Positions 1-8,485 of a stretch of DNA of 64,000 bases are shown one piece after another (position 1 is the stretch's first letter; each line of letters opens with the position of its first letter). The position numbers and the translations under genes were made by a program. Below the pieces are notes generated by a model. That model was not told the origin of the DNA. It searched no databases and saw only the letters and a program-made list of their open reading frames with translations. Source of the stretch: a virus (taxonomy: Duplodnaviria; Caudoviricetes); IMG/VR virus record IMGVR_UViG_3300021356_000016, positions 1,374 through 65,373 of that record; one strand, written 5' to 3'.

Positions 1-1758
1 ACCATTTGCTGCGCCTACAGCTAATGTTCTCGATGCTGTTATGTCGCCGCCGCCTGTAAGACCAGCACCACCAAGAATACTAACCGAACTATGGTCAACG
101 TGTTCATTTGCAACAAAGTTTAACAGTGAATCGTGATCAACTTGGCTAGCATTTACAGCAACACCAGCAGATGTAACTGTAACAGTAGCGTCAGCAGCTT
201 TTACATTAACACCAGCTGTTGTTACAAGAACACCGTTTGCACCTTGTACCTGCATTGAATCAGCATCAGAAATGATACCGTTTGCGCCGACAGCGTTAAG
301 TGTAATTGTTGCGTTGGTAGTTTGGTTTAATCCGAAAGAAGAATCACCAGTCAAACCTGTGCCAGCTGCAATTGTGATTGTTGAGTTAGAAGCCTGGTCC
401 GCCCAAGAAAGATTACCTGAACCATCTGAAACCAGAGCTTGAGTTCCGGTAGAATCAGTGGTAGGTAAAGTTAAGCTAAAGCTAGAACCAATGGTAGCAG
501 GAGCAGTTAACTCAATGTATTCGCCGCCAGTGTTATCTTCTAAACGAAGGGCACCAGAAGTACCGGATGTAGGACCAACGATCTTTACAACACCGTCGTC
601 ACCAGTACCGTCACCAGCACCTGGGGTTAAAACAATGTTAGCGCCATTCGCATTAGAACCAGATTGGCCAGAACCAGCAGTAACTAAAACGTCACCAGCA
701 AGTACAGCGCCATCGCCACCTGTAATTTCTACATTACCGGCAGAACCTGATGTGGAGCTACCTGAACTAACTTGAGCAAGACCACCAGTACCTGAAGTTG
801 AGTCGCCGGCACGAAGTTTAACAAAACCGCCTTCGCCAGAAGATGCGTCGCCAGCATCTATCTCGACGTGACCACCATCTCCGGTACCTGAGGCATTACC
901 AGCATCAACTTCGAAGTCACCACCATCGCCGTCGCCTGAGGCATTACCTAGGTCAAAAGTGACATCACCGCCTCTGCTGTCACCATCACCGTTACCTGTT
1001 TCAACTTCGAAATCACCACCGTTGTTATCACCTTGACCATTAGTGGTTTCAAGTGTAATACCACCACCTGTGCCGTCAGTGGCTGCAGCTCCTGCTGTGA
1101 TGACTACCGCACCACCATCACCTTCACCATCAGCAGCACCACCTGTAAGATTCAGGTCACCGCCAGCGCCGGAGGTAGCACCACCTTCACCGGCAGTAAT
1201 AGTGACTTCACCACCATCACCATCTGCACCGCCTTTACCAGAAGTAATATTAACATCCGCACCGTCCGTTGAAGAACCAGTAGCTGTACCCATGCTAACA
1301 TTAAATTCATCCGAAGCGATGGTCATAATGTCGGCTACAGCACCGTAACCTGATGGTGCATCGCCTACGTCAAAACGAATAGTGTCGTCGTCGGAACCTT
1401 CTTCAACTTGTATTTTGGTATCACCATCCGCATCTTGCAAGGTGCCTGCTTCAGTCCAAGAAAGATTACCTGAACCGTCTGTTTGCAGAATTTGTCCGCT
1501 ATCACCATCGTTTTCTGGTAATGTTAATGTATATGATCCGTCAACACCGCTTGGTGCAACAATAGTAATCGTATTGCCGCCTGGATCAGATACAACCAAT
1601 CCATTGTTTGCGGTATTTCTTGCAAGTTCAAAAACTGCAGTTGAGTTAGCAGTATATAAAATTCGATCTTTTAGGTTTACCGCCAATTCACCTTCTTGTA
1701 GACTTGAAGGTACTACCCCAGCGGTATCATTTTTTCTAATTTTGATTATAGATGCCAT
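1..1758 (-). CDS. Long tail fibre/whisker-like structural protein, runs off the window start
   Basis: Not in the ORF track because no stop is inside the window. My translation from ATG 1758: MASIIKIRKNDTAGVVPSSLQEGELAVNLKDRILY, a common fibre N-terminus, then LTLPENDGDSGQILQTDGSGNLSW modules and Gly/Asp-rich repeats. Frame appears open to base 1. Confidence 0.8.
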   Translation of the reverse strand, partial: MASIIKIRKNDTAGVVPSSLQEGELAVNLKDRILYTANSTAVFELARNTANNGLVVSDPGGNTITIVAPSGVDGSYTLTLPENDGDSGQILQTDGSGNLSWTEAGTLQDADGDTKIQVEEGSDDDTIRFDVGDAPSGYGAVADIMTIASDEFNVSMGTATGSSTDGADVNITSGKGGADGDGGEVTITAGEGGATSGAGGDLNLTGGAADGEGDGGAVVITAGAAATDGTGGGITLETTNGQGDNNGGDFEVETGNGDGDSRGGDVTFDLGNASGDGDGGDFEVDAGNASGTGDGGHVEIDAGDASSGEGGFVKLRAGDSTSGTGGLAQVSSGSSTSGSAGNVEITGGDGAVLAGDVLVTAGSGQSGSNANGANIVLTPGAGDGTGDDGVVKIVGPTSGTSGALRLEDNTGGEYIELTAPATIGSSFSLTLPTTDSTGTQALVSDGSGNLSWADQASNSTITIAAGTGLTGDSSFGLNQTTNATITLNAVGANGIISDADSMQVQGANGVLVTTAGVNVKAADATVTVTSAGVAVNASQVDHDSLLNFVANEHVDHSSVSILGGAGLTGGGDITASRTLAVGAANG

Positions 1759-1791
1759 CTATCTTCTCCGTTATGTGTTAACTTTCATTGA

Positions 1792-2016
1792 TTATTGTCT
1801 ACCACCTAAAGATTTTCTTGGCGGCAAGTTTGATTTTTTTTTTTCTTCCCCTTCCCCCTTCTCTTTTTTTAGTCTTTCGTTTTCCTTTTGCATTTCATTA
1901 TTTATATCTTTTAACATTTCGTTTTGCGTTTCAAGATTTAAAACTTTTGAAATGAGTTCAGAAATCATTTTTTGCTGTTTGTCGCGGAATATATCCATTA
2001 TATCTTCTTTTTCCAT
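1792..2016 (-). CDS. Small coiled-coil hypothetical protein
   Basis: 74 aa, charged with heptad-like pattern, overlaps the stop of the upstream gene. Confidence 0.6.
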   Translation of the reverse strand: MEKEDIMDIFRDKQQKMISELISKVLNLETQNEMLKDINNEMQKENERLKKEKGEGEEKKKSNLPPRKSLGGRQ

Positions 2017-2762
2017 TAGAAATTTCCCCCGTCAAGTATGCCAAAAGTAGGTCTATTATCTGCTCCTATTTGCAAAACTTCTCCTGGATTACCGGTTGTG
2101 AAGTTTAGCGTCACATCACTGTTTGCAAACAACACACCATTGTTTGAGAATGATGTTAAACCAGTACCACCACTGTCTACACCTATCGGTGAAACCAGAT
2201 TTGCAATCGTAACATTACTTATAAAACCAGCTGTTATATTTACATTTGAAGTCTTTTCATCTACATAAGTCTTAACTGAATAAGTAGTAGGCAATGTAGT
2301 TGAATTTGCTGTCGAGTTATTTATAACATTAACTATTGATGTAATAAACTCTACATTAGGACCTCCTAAAGGTTGTATTCTAAAGTTTTCAACCGTAATG
2401 TATTCAAGATTAGATCCTGTAGATGCTGTGTTTGCAGATATTGATAATTCTGTCCAGTTACCATTATTATTTGGTAAAGCACCTGTTGCTGCATCTCTAG
2501 ATTCACCGACAAGCGATTTGTATTGGTAGTATGTATTGCTTTTAAATACGAACGAACCAGAGGTATAACCGGTTTTCAAGTAAACCATCATACCTTCTTG
2601 CAATCTTTGTCCGGTTACATCTGTTAAACGATCTCCAACATCACCACTAACATATTGTAGCGAACCTCTGAGTTCTCTATCAAGCGCAATAGGATGATCG
2701 CCGTCAGAACTCCATGTTCCCGGCCAAAGCGTTCTTGTTAAACCGTCGTAATTCGTACTCAT
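2016..2762 (-). CDS. Putative virion/fibre-associated protein
   Basis: 248 aa, T/S/N/G-rich. LPTTYSVKTYVD and GGTGLTSF fibre-like motifs, LDGGNF C-terminus, coupled to the gp15 stop. Confidence 0.6.
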   Translation of the reverse strand: MSTNYDGLTRTLWPGTWSSDGDHPIALDRELRGSLQYVSGDVGDRLTDVTGQRLQEGMMVYLKTGYTSGSFVFKSNTYYQYKSLVGESRDAATGALPNNNGNWTELSISANTASTGSNLEYITVENFRIQPLGGPNVEFITSIVNVINNSTANSTTLPTTYSVKTYVDEKTSNVNITAGFISNVTIANLVSPIGVDSGGTGLTSFSNNGVLFANSDVTLNFTTGNPGEVLQIGADNRPTFGILDGGNF

Positions 2763-4924
2763 GTTATGCTGAGATATGTGTCGCCTGGCTGTAATGTAAT
2801 GCCATACAACGTATATCCTTCTGCAACATAACCTGCAGGTGGTGTGTCTGGTTCTAAATTAACAGAACCATCTGTTTTACTAACGTTTGCTAATAAATTT
2901 GAAGTTGAACCAGCTTGAAATGAAGTTGGCTGTGATGCTGTAGATCTTATACCTAACCAAAATGCTTGTGGAACAGCCGCTGGATTTGTTACAAATCCAA
3001 CAAACGTATTTTGCTGATTTCCCAATACATTAGTTGTACTTTCAAAACCGCTACTATCAATAATGTCAGCACGAGTAGGTGCTGTTGCTGTTGATGTAGT
3101 AAAGATCCAAAAACTTGGATATGTAAATGATGCCGATAATGAAGTATCAGAAGCAGTATCTGTTGCGGTATAAGCTGTTCCCGTGACAGCAACAGGACGA
3201 TTTAAATCTGAACTTAAAGCGAGTGTTCTTCCACCTCCGTTATCTTTGTGTATTGGTGTTGTAAAAGTAAATGTACCTGAGCCAGATGGGTTCGACACAC
3301 TTCCTCCAGTAGGTGTGACTGTATGAGTCACATTTCCTAAATCTGCTATACCTGTAACTCCTACACTGTATGTTGTTGAAGTATACGTTTGCAGGAATGT
3401 ACTTCCTGACAAGTTACTCATTGATATAGTAACGTTTGGTGTTGCCCAATTGATAGTCCAGTTAGCAGTTGTTCCATATGTTGATGGTGTTCCGCTTTCT
3501 GTTACTTCAAAGGCAACCGTCGCTGCAGCACTTCCTCCTGTTATCGTTGTGCTATTTGATCGTATGAACGCATCAACATCTGTTGAGAATGTTTGTGTCC
3601 AATCAACACCACCAGCAGGTGTTGCACTTTTAGATCCAGCTGTAAAGTTTGCTAATGTTGATACTGCACCTGCAGTTTGTGTAACGGAAAGCACATCTGA
3701 AATATAAGAATTCGTAAAGTCAGAAGGATTGTCTACAGTTACAGAAAAACCAGTTGCTGCAACATCCCAGTTTAATGATGATGTTGGTAAACCAGCTGCA
3801 CTCAAAGCAGGAGTAAATGAAGCTAAGTTTAATACAAGCTTATTGTTCTCAAATTCAGCAGTTCTCACTGTATACGTAGTATCGTCTTCAATGAAACCAG
3901 TTAATGTTCTTTTATCACCATCTGGTGTCCATACGAATTCTTCCCCTCCTGTGCCACCGCCGTTGCCGCTGAGCGAAACGTTAGCCCAAGTGAGTACGCC
4001 TTCTCCATTTGTTTGTAATACTTGTCCTGATTCACCATCGGTTGCAGGCAAATACCAAACAATATTTTCAGGCACATCGTCTGGCGCCCTGAATCCCACA
4101 TAATTTGAGCTGTCCAAATCATATAAACGTATTTGTTTTGTGGTAATTAATGTACTACCTACTTCAGTACTACTTGATTGCACCGATGAATCAAAACCAA
4201 AACCTTCTAAATCAATTACAGTGCCTTGATCTGTAATCGTCATTCTTTGACTTATTGGTGGATTATCTTCCCTATCACCCTCGTGCAAATCCATTACTGC
4301 ACGGGTAATCACACCTTTTGATTGTATTGGCCCATACATGTAACCTTTCAGAGTAAACGAAAGGTTAAACACCAATGCTTGTCTTGAAATGAGATCGCCT
4401 TCATATATTTCTTCCATGGCAACATCAGTTAATATAATCGGAGTATCAACCGTCAAATCCATTTCCGGTATGATGTTTACGCTTGTAGTAAATTCTGGTC
4501 TAAAATATGGAAGTATTTGCTCGACAATTTGTGTGCCGTCGTCAGTGTTGCGAGCAAAAATAGATAACTGAAAATCTATGTTATAAGGTACAGGAACAAA
4601 TTGTGACTTTCTTCTTTTATCATCGGCGTCATCGACAGCGATGTTTCGTAGTGTTGATGACAATTTTCGATTTGGTTCATAGCTGAAATTAGTTATGTTA
4701 AATCCAATTCTAGGCAGTGTAATTGCAACTTCTGAATCCAGATCTGGATCTTGTCTTAACCTTACTAAAAAGGATTCCTTGGGGCCATAAGCAATCGGTA
4801 CAGCTATGGACTGTACCTTATTATCAGAAAAATCGTGTCTCTGTACTACAATGTTGTTAAAGAGATTACCAAAAGCAATCACATACTTTCTGATGATTGA
4901 TTGGGAACCGAATGGTCTTAACAT
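2759..4924 (-). CDS. gp15: Tail sheath stabiliser/terminator gp15 with long C-terminal fibre-like extension
   Basis: N-terminal ~250 aa has gp15 motifs (IRKYVIAFGNLFNNI, VPIAYGPKE, LPRIGF, PVPYNIDFQLSI, QIVEQILPYFRPEF). Follows gp13-gp14. Confidence 0.9.
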   Translation of the reverse strand: MLRPFGSQSIIRKYVIAFGNLFNNIVVQRHDFSDNKVQSIAVPIAYGPKESFLVRLRQDPDLDSEVAITLPRIGFNITNFSYEPNRKLSSTLRNIAVDDADDKRRKSQFVPVPYNIDFQLSIFARNTDDGTQIVEQILPYFRPEFTTSVNIIPEMDLTVDTPIILTDVAMEEIYEGDLISRQALVFNLSFTLKGYMYGPIQSKGVITRAVMDLHEGDREDNPPISQRMTITDQGTVIDLEGFGFDSSVQSSSTEVGSTLITTKQIRLYDLDSSNYVGFRAPDDVPENIVWYLPATDGESGQVLQTNGEGVLTWANVSLSGNGGGTGGEEFVWTPDGDKRTLTGFIEDDTTYTVRTAEFENNKLVLNLASFTPALSAAGLPTSSLNWDVAATGFSVTVDNPSDFTNSYISDVLSVTQTAGAVSTLANFTAGSKSATPAGGVDWTQTFSTDVDAFIRSNSTTITGGSAAATVAFEVTESGTPSTYGTTANWTINWATPNVTISMSNLSGSTFLQTYTSTTYSVGVTGIADLGNVTHTVTPTGGSVSNPSGSGTFTFTTPIHKDNGGGRTLALSSDLNRPVAVTGTAYTATDTASDTSLSASFTYPSFWIFTTSTATAPTRADIIDSSGFESTTNVLGNQQNTFVGFVTNPAAVPQAFWLGIRSTASQPTSFQAGSTSNLLANVSKTDGSVNLEPDTPPAGYVAEGYTLYGITLQPGDTYLSIT

Positions 4925-4925
4925 A

Positions 4926-5732
4926 TTAGTATCTCAACGTTTCTGAAAACGGATTTGATTCGCTGAAATCTATGATTCCGTCAAATGCTTGCGCTTGTAT
5001 AAAGTCGTTATCACTATTATCCGGCGTAGGCAAATCATACTGCAGAAGCAGAGAATCACCATTTTGGTCAAGTATCTTATCGCCGTTTTGTTGTAACAAC
5101 TCATAGAACAATACATCATGCGAATATTTATCTTCAATCGCATCAATGTCAGCATCGCCGGTATCGATTCTTTCACTGCTGTACTCAAACAGTTCACAGC
5201 GCAAATCGTACATTTGCAGTGCACCCATTTGATAGAATATTGGTTCGTGTTCTACGAACTTGATCTCATATAACTTGCTCAACAATGGGAAGTAAATAAG
5301 ATCTCCTTCTAATGGTCTGCTTGAAGTGATTGAATAGTTGTCACCATTTTCATCCTGTAATAGAAAGCTCGAACCGTCTTGTTGTAATAAGTTATAACTT
5401 TCTTGTGTGATTAGTTTCTCAGTTCTGATTTGGTCAAAACGTTTTTGTGCAAGAGAAAATGTAATCTCATCACGTATTTCTAAGTTAAAACGTGATAAGA
5501 AATCACCTTCACCTTCAAAGCCTTCAACGTTTTTGATATACATCTCAACTGTTGCCGCAACTTCAAACGTGGACAATATGTCTTCACCAAACAACTGGTC
5601 TTCATTAACTAATTTTCTGGGCATATATCTCATGTCGTATCCATACATTTTGATGGATTCGATTATAAGATCTTCAATTAAGTTTTGTTCACCTGCATAG
5701 TTGTAATTGTTAAAGTATGGATTCAGGGCCAC
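4926..5732 (-). CDS. gp14: Neck protein gp14
   Basis: EQNLIEDLIIESIKMYG, RPLEGDLIYFPL, IKFVEHEPIFYQMG, DFSESNPF. Synteny with gp13/gp15. Confidence 0.93.
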   Translation of the reverse strand: MALNPYFNNYNYAGEQNLIEDLIIESIKMYGYDMRYMPRKLVNEDQLFGEDILSTFEVAATVEMYIKNVEGFEGEGDFLSRFNLEIRDEITFSLAQKRFDQIRTEKLITQESYNLLQQDGSSFLLQDENGDNYSITSSRPLEGDLIYFPLLSKLYEIKFVEHEPIFYQMGALQMYDLRCELFEYSSERIDTGDADIDAIEDKYSHDVLFYELLQQNGDKILDQNGDSLLLQYDLPTPDNSDNDFIQAQAFDGIIDFSESNPFSETLRY

Positions 5733-5736
5733 ATTC

Positions 5737-6480
5737 TTATCCTATAATGTCGTTAACCGGCAAAGAATAAGAAATGATCATCTCTTCTTCTAGTCTGTTT
5801 ATTTCCTCTACTGCGTCATCATGTATCTTTTGTCCATTAAATTGAACACCACCTGGCAGTTGCATGCCTTCGAACTTGATTAGATTTTGTCCCCATTGTC
5901 TTTTGATCTGTGCAGTTGCATATCTCTGCAACCAGCGATCGTTCCACACATCCGTATAAACATCTGGATCTGTTAATTTATAACAGTCGATTACAATGTA
6001 ATCACCAGATGAAAGTCTGCTTCCCCAATCCATATCAATATGTAGTTTGTTTACATGTCGATTGTAACGTAAGTTCTGTTCACCGACAAACATTTTTTGC
6101 ATGTTTGCTATGTGCATCTTAACCATATAGTAAGGAAGCAACGGAGTTGCTTGGGCATGGTACATATCGTTTAAATGTATTTGATAGTTAAGATTAAATA
6201 ATGAAGAAGAGGAAGAAGAACTATTCAAAGGTAACAGGTCAACTACACCAATGATACTCTGATCCATTTGGATATATGAGTTGTTTATGTTTTCTTGTGT
6301 TACTTGATGTTTGAGCAAAACTCTTTCACTACCATCAAAATGATAGTCATGGTAATACAGCAACGCATCGTCTATGCGATCTTCTATTTGTTCTTTGCTT
6401 ACGTTTATATCAACAACTGGATAACCTAGACGACGTAAGCAATAGTCTTTAAATTGTTCTCTTGTAGTTGGAACTGCCAC
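5737..6480 (-). CDS. gp13: Neck protein gp13
   Basis: FKDYCLRRLGYPVVDINV, WLQRYATAQIKRQWGQNLIKF, LPGGVQFNG. Confidence 0.94.
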   Translation of the reverse strand: MAVPTTREQFKDYCLRRLGYPVVDINVSKEQIEDRIDDALLYYHDYHFDGSERVLLKHQVTQENINNSYIQMDQSIIGVVDLLPLNSSSSSSSLFNLNYQIHLNDMYHAQATPLLPYYMVKMHIANMQKMFVGEQNLRYNRHVNKLHIDMDWGSRLSSGDYIVIDCYKLTDPDVYTDVWNDRWLQRYATAQIKRQWGQNLIKFEGMQLPGGVQFNGQKIHDDAVEEINRLEEEMIISYSLPVNDIIG

Positions 6481-6505
6481 TGTAGACTCCTTGAATTGCT
6501 CAAAC

Positions 6506-6513
6506 TATTTATA
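6506..6513 (-). promoter_or_regulatory. T4-type late promoter TATAAATA for gp13-14-15
   Basis: Exact TATAAATA on the minus strand 25 nt upstream of the gp13 start, followed by an AGGAG RBS. Confidence 0.75.
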
Positions 6514-6528
6514 AACATATTTAGATCA

Positions 6529-7611
6529 TTATGTTGCTATTAGTCCGTGCGTTCTCAGTTTAGCCAACAAATCATTTAACGCAGCTCTTGCTTCGGTATC
6601 AACTGTTGCTCCACCCGTCGCATCAGCAATAGCTGCTTGCTGAGCGCCAACAACTTTAATACTATTAATTTGTATTTCACCAGCAGCATCGTCAATTCTA
6701 AAAGTGTTACCAGGCATACGAACAGTAGCGCCTGCACCACCAATGTTTACGTTAGCAGTTGCGGCACCAGCAAAGTTAACGGTTGTTGCCGTGGTATTGA
6801 CCAAATCAAATGATGATGAACCTGTAGTTAAACTTGTGGTTATTTCAGGTGAAGTTCCAAGAACAACAGCACCGGTTCCCGTTTCATCTGTTATCGCCGC
6901 AGCAAAATTTGCACTGCTTGGAGTTGCTAAAAATGTTGCTATTCCAGTTCCTAAACCGGATACACCAGTGCTTATCGGTAAACCATCGCAGTTTGTTAGC
7001 GTACCAGATGTTGGTGTGCCTAAAACAGGAGTAACCAGAGTAGGACTTGTTGCAAAAACAAGAGAACCACTTCCAGTTTCATTTGATATTACACCTGCTA
7101 GTTCTGCGGAAGTTGTTGCCGAAAAGAAATCCAACGAGTCTGAACTGGTTGCTACTGATGAATCAACTGCTACTGTTAGGTTTTGTCCACTGTGTGTAAT
7201 ATCAATTCCGGTACCATCAACATATGCTAAAGTTTGACTGTCTAGATCTACTGTGCCTGCGCCGGACGCTGTACTAAAATTAAATGTTTGTGCTGTTACT
7301 TGAGCATCAACATATGCCTTAATGCTTTCAGAACTTGCAATAGTTGTTGCATTTGCTGCAGCAAATGTATCATCATCTAAAACTGCAGTTCCACTTACAT
7401 CACCATTTAAAACTGGATTAGTGAATCCACTACTTACTGTGATAGTTCCAGTAATGTTTACATTTGCGAGTGCATTAATTTCATTCGTTAAAGTTAGCTT
7501 TGTAGAAGAAGCATTATCTGTAATACCAGAAGAATACAAATTTGCTATTTGATGATCTTCATCTTGTGGTGTTGTTTTTAAGAAAACACCTTGTACTTTA
7601 GTGAACGCCAT
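6529..7611 (-). CDS. Fibre-like virion protein
   Basis: 360 aa, T/A/S/G-rich. SIKAYVD, ETGSGSLVFATSPTLVTP and ETGTGAVV fibre repeats; C-terminal DTEARAALNDLLAKLRTHGLI helix. Confidence 0.7.
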   Translation of the reverse strand: MAFTKVQGVFLKTTPQDEDHQIANLYSSGITDNASSTKLTLTNEINALANVNITGTITVSSGFTNPVLNGDVSGTAVLDDDTFAAANATTIASSESIKAYVDAQVTAQTFNFSTASGAGTVDLDSQTLAYVDGTGIDITHSGQNLTVAVDSSVATSSDSLDFFSATTSAELAGVISNETGSGSLVFATSPTLVTPVLGTPTSGTLTNCDGLPISTGVSGLGTGIATFLATPSSANFAAAITDETGTGAVVLGTSPEITTSLTTGSSSFDLVNTTATTVNFAGAATANVNIGGAGATVRMPGNTFRIDDAAGEIQINSIKVVGAQQAAIADATGGATVDTEARAALNDLLAKLRTHGLIAT

Positions 7612-7622
7612 TTATTTGTTCC

Positions 7623-7808
7623 TTAGTTGCAATTGGCCCAAGCACCATTTGCTCTTACTTGAAGTTTATGATCTGTTGTATTGTAAACAAGCATACCATT
7701 AACTGTTGGAGAAATAGCATCCCTTTCAGTTGTGGTGTAATGGGCAATGTATGTTACGGCCGTATTGCCAGTTGCTTGTGGAATGATTTCGCTTAGTTGA
7801 ATACTCAT
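7623..7808 (-). CDS. Small virion-associated protein
   Basis: TTTERDAI...GMLVYNTT...LQV...W motif typical of fibre domains. Confidence 0.6.
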   Translation of the reverse strand: MSIQLSEIIPQATGNTAVTYIAHYTTTERDAISPTVNGMLVYNTTDHKLQVRANGAWANCN

Positions 7809-8452
7809 TGATAAACTCTCCAGTAACCTTGTCCTGCAATGTAAACCATTTTAATCTTTGCACCCGAAACATTGCAGACCAAATCTTCGGCTACACCATC
7901 TTCTATTTTGTGTCCCGAGCTGATTCCTATGGATACGGTTAGATTGTTTGTGCCCCATGTTTTTCTGTAATCTAATATTTCTACATAGTCACCATCATTG
8001 GCACTTACAGGTAATCTAAGTTGCCATGAACTCAAACTCGTATCTGCCATTATTCTGTCAGAAGCACTTGCGTTATATGCTGAACTTTGGATTTCCCATA
8101 TAGATGCTAAATCATAACCTGATGAAATTTTATTTGGTGTAACGGAACCATCAGAAGGTGCTCCTGCATCTAACGTATCACCAAGAACATAAGCAAAAAA
8201 CTCAGTTCCCAAATCAGGTGCTGTCGTAAACACAACGTTTGACTGCAAAGGAGTCGTATTATCGATTGTGTATGCAACACCAGGTTCTTGTATAACACCA
8301 CCCAAGGAAACTACTAACTGTTGTTCTGTACCAACGTTAAGCCAATCACCATCGTTTTTTAACTCAAACGATGTTGTTCCACCAAAGGTACCAGAAAAAT
8401 CATCTACCTTCTTGTAATTAGCTATTTGTGGTTGTCTTCCGATGTAAGCCAA
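7805..8452 (-). CDS. Fibre/baseplate-associated protein
   Basis: MAYIGRQP N-terminus, LGGVIQEPG, and a T4 gp10/gp34-like C-terminal motif (LRLPVSANDGDYVEILD...WGTNNLTV). Confidence 0.7.
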   Translation of the reverse strand: MAYIGRQPQIANYKKVDDFSGTFGGTTSFELKNDGDWLNVGTEQQLVVSLGGVIQEPGVAYTIDNTTPLQSNVVFTTAPDLGTEFFAYVLGDTLDAGAPSDGSVTPNKISSGYDLASIWEIQSSAYNASASDRIMADTSLSSWQLRLPVSANDGDYVEILDYRKTWGTNNLTVSIGISSGHKIEDGVAEDLVCNVSGAKIKMVYIAGQGYWRVYQ

Positions 8453-8476
8453 TTGAGTATCCTCTATGTTTTTCTT

Positions 8477-8484
8477 TATTTATA
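8477..8484 (-). promoter_or_regulatory. T4-type late promoter TATAAATA
   Basis: Exact match upstream of the 7805..8452 gene. Confidence 0.7.
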
Positions 8485-8485
8485 A

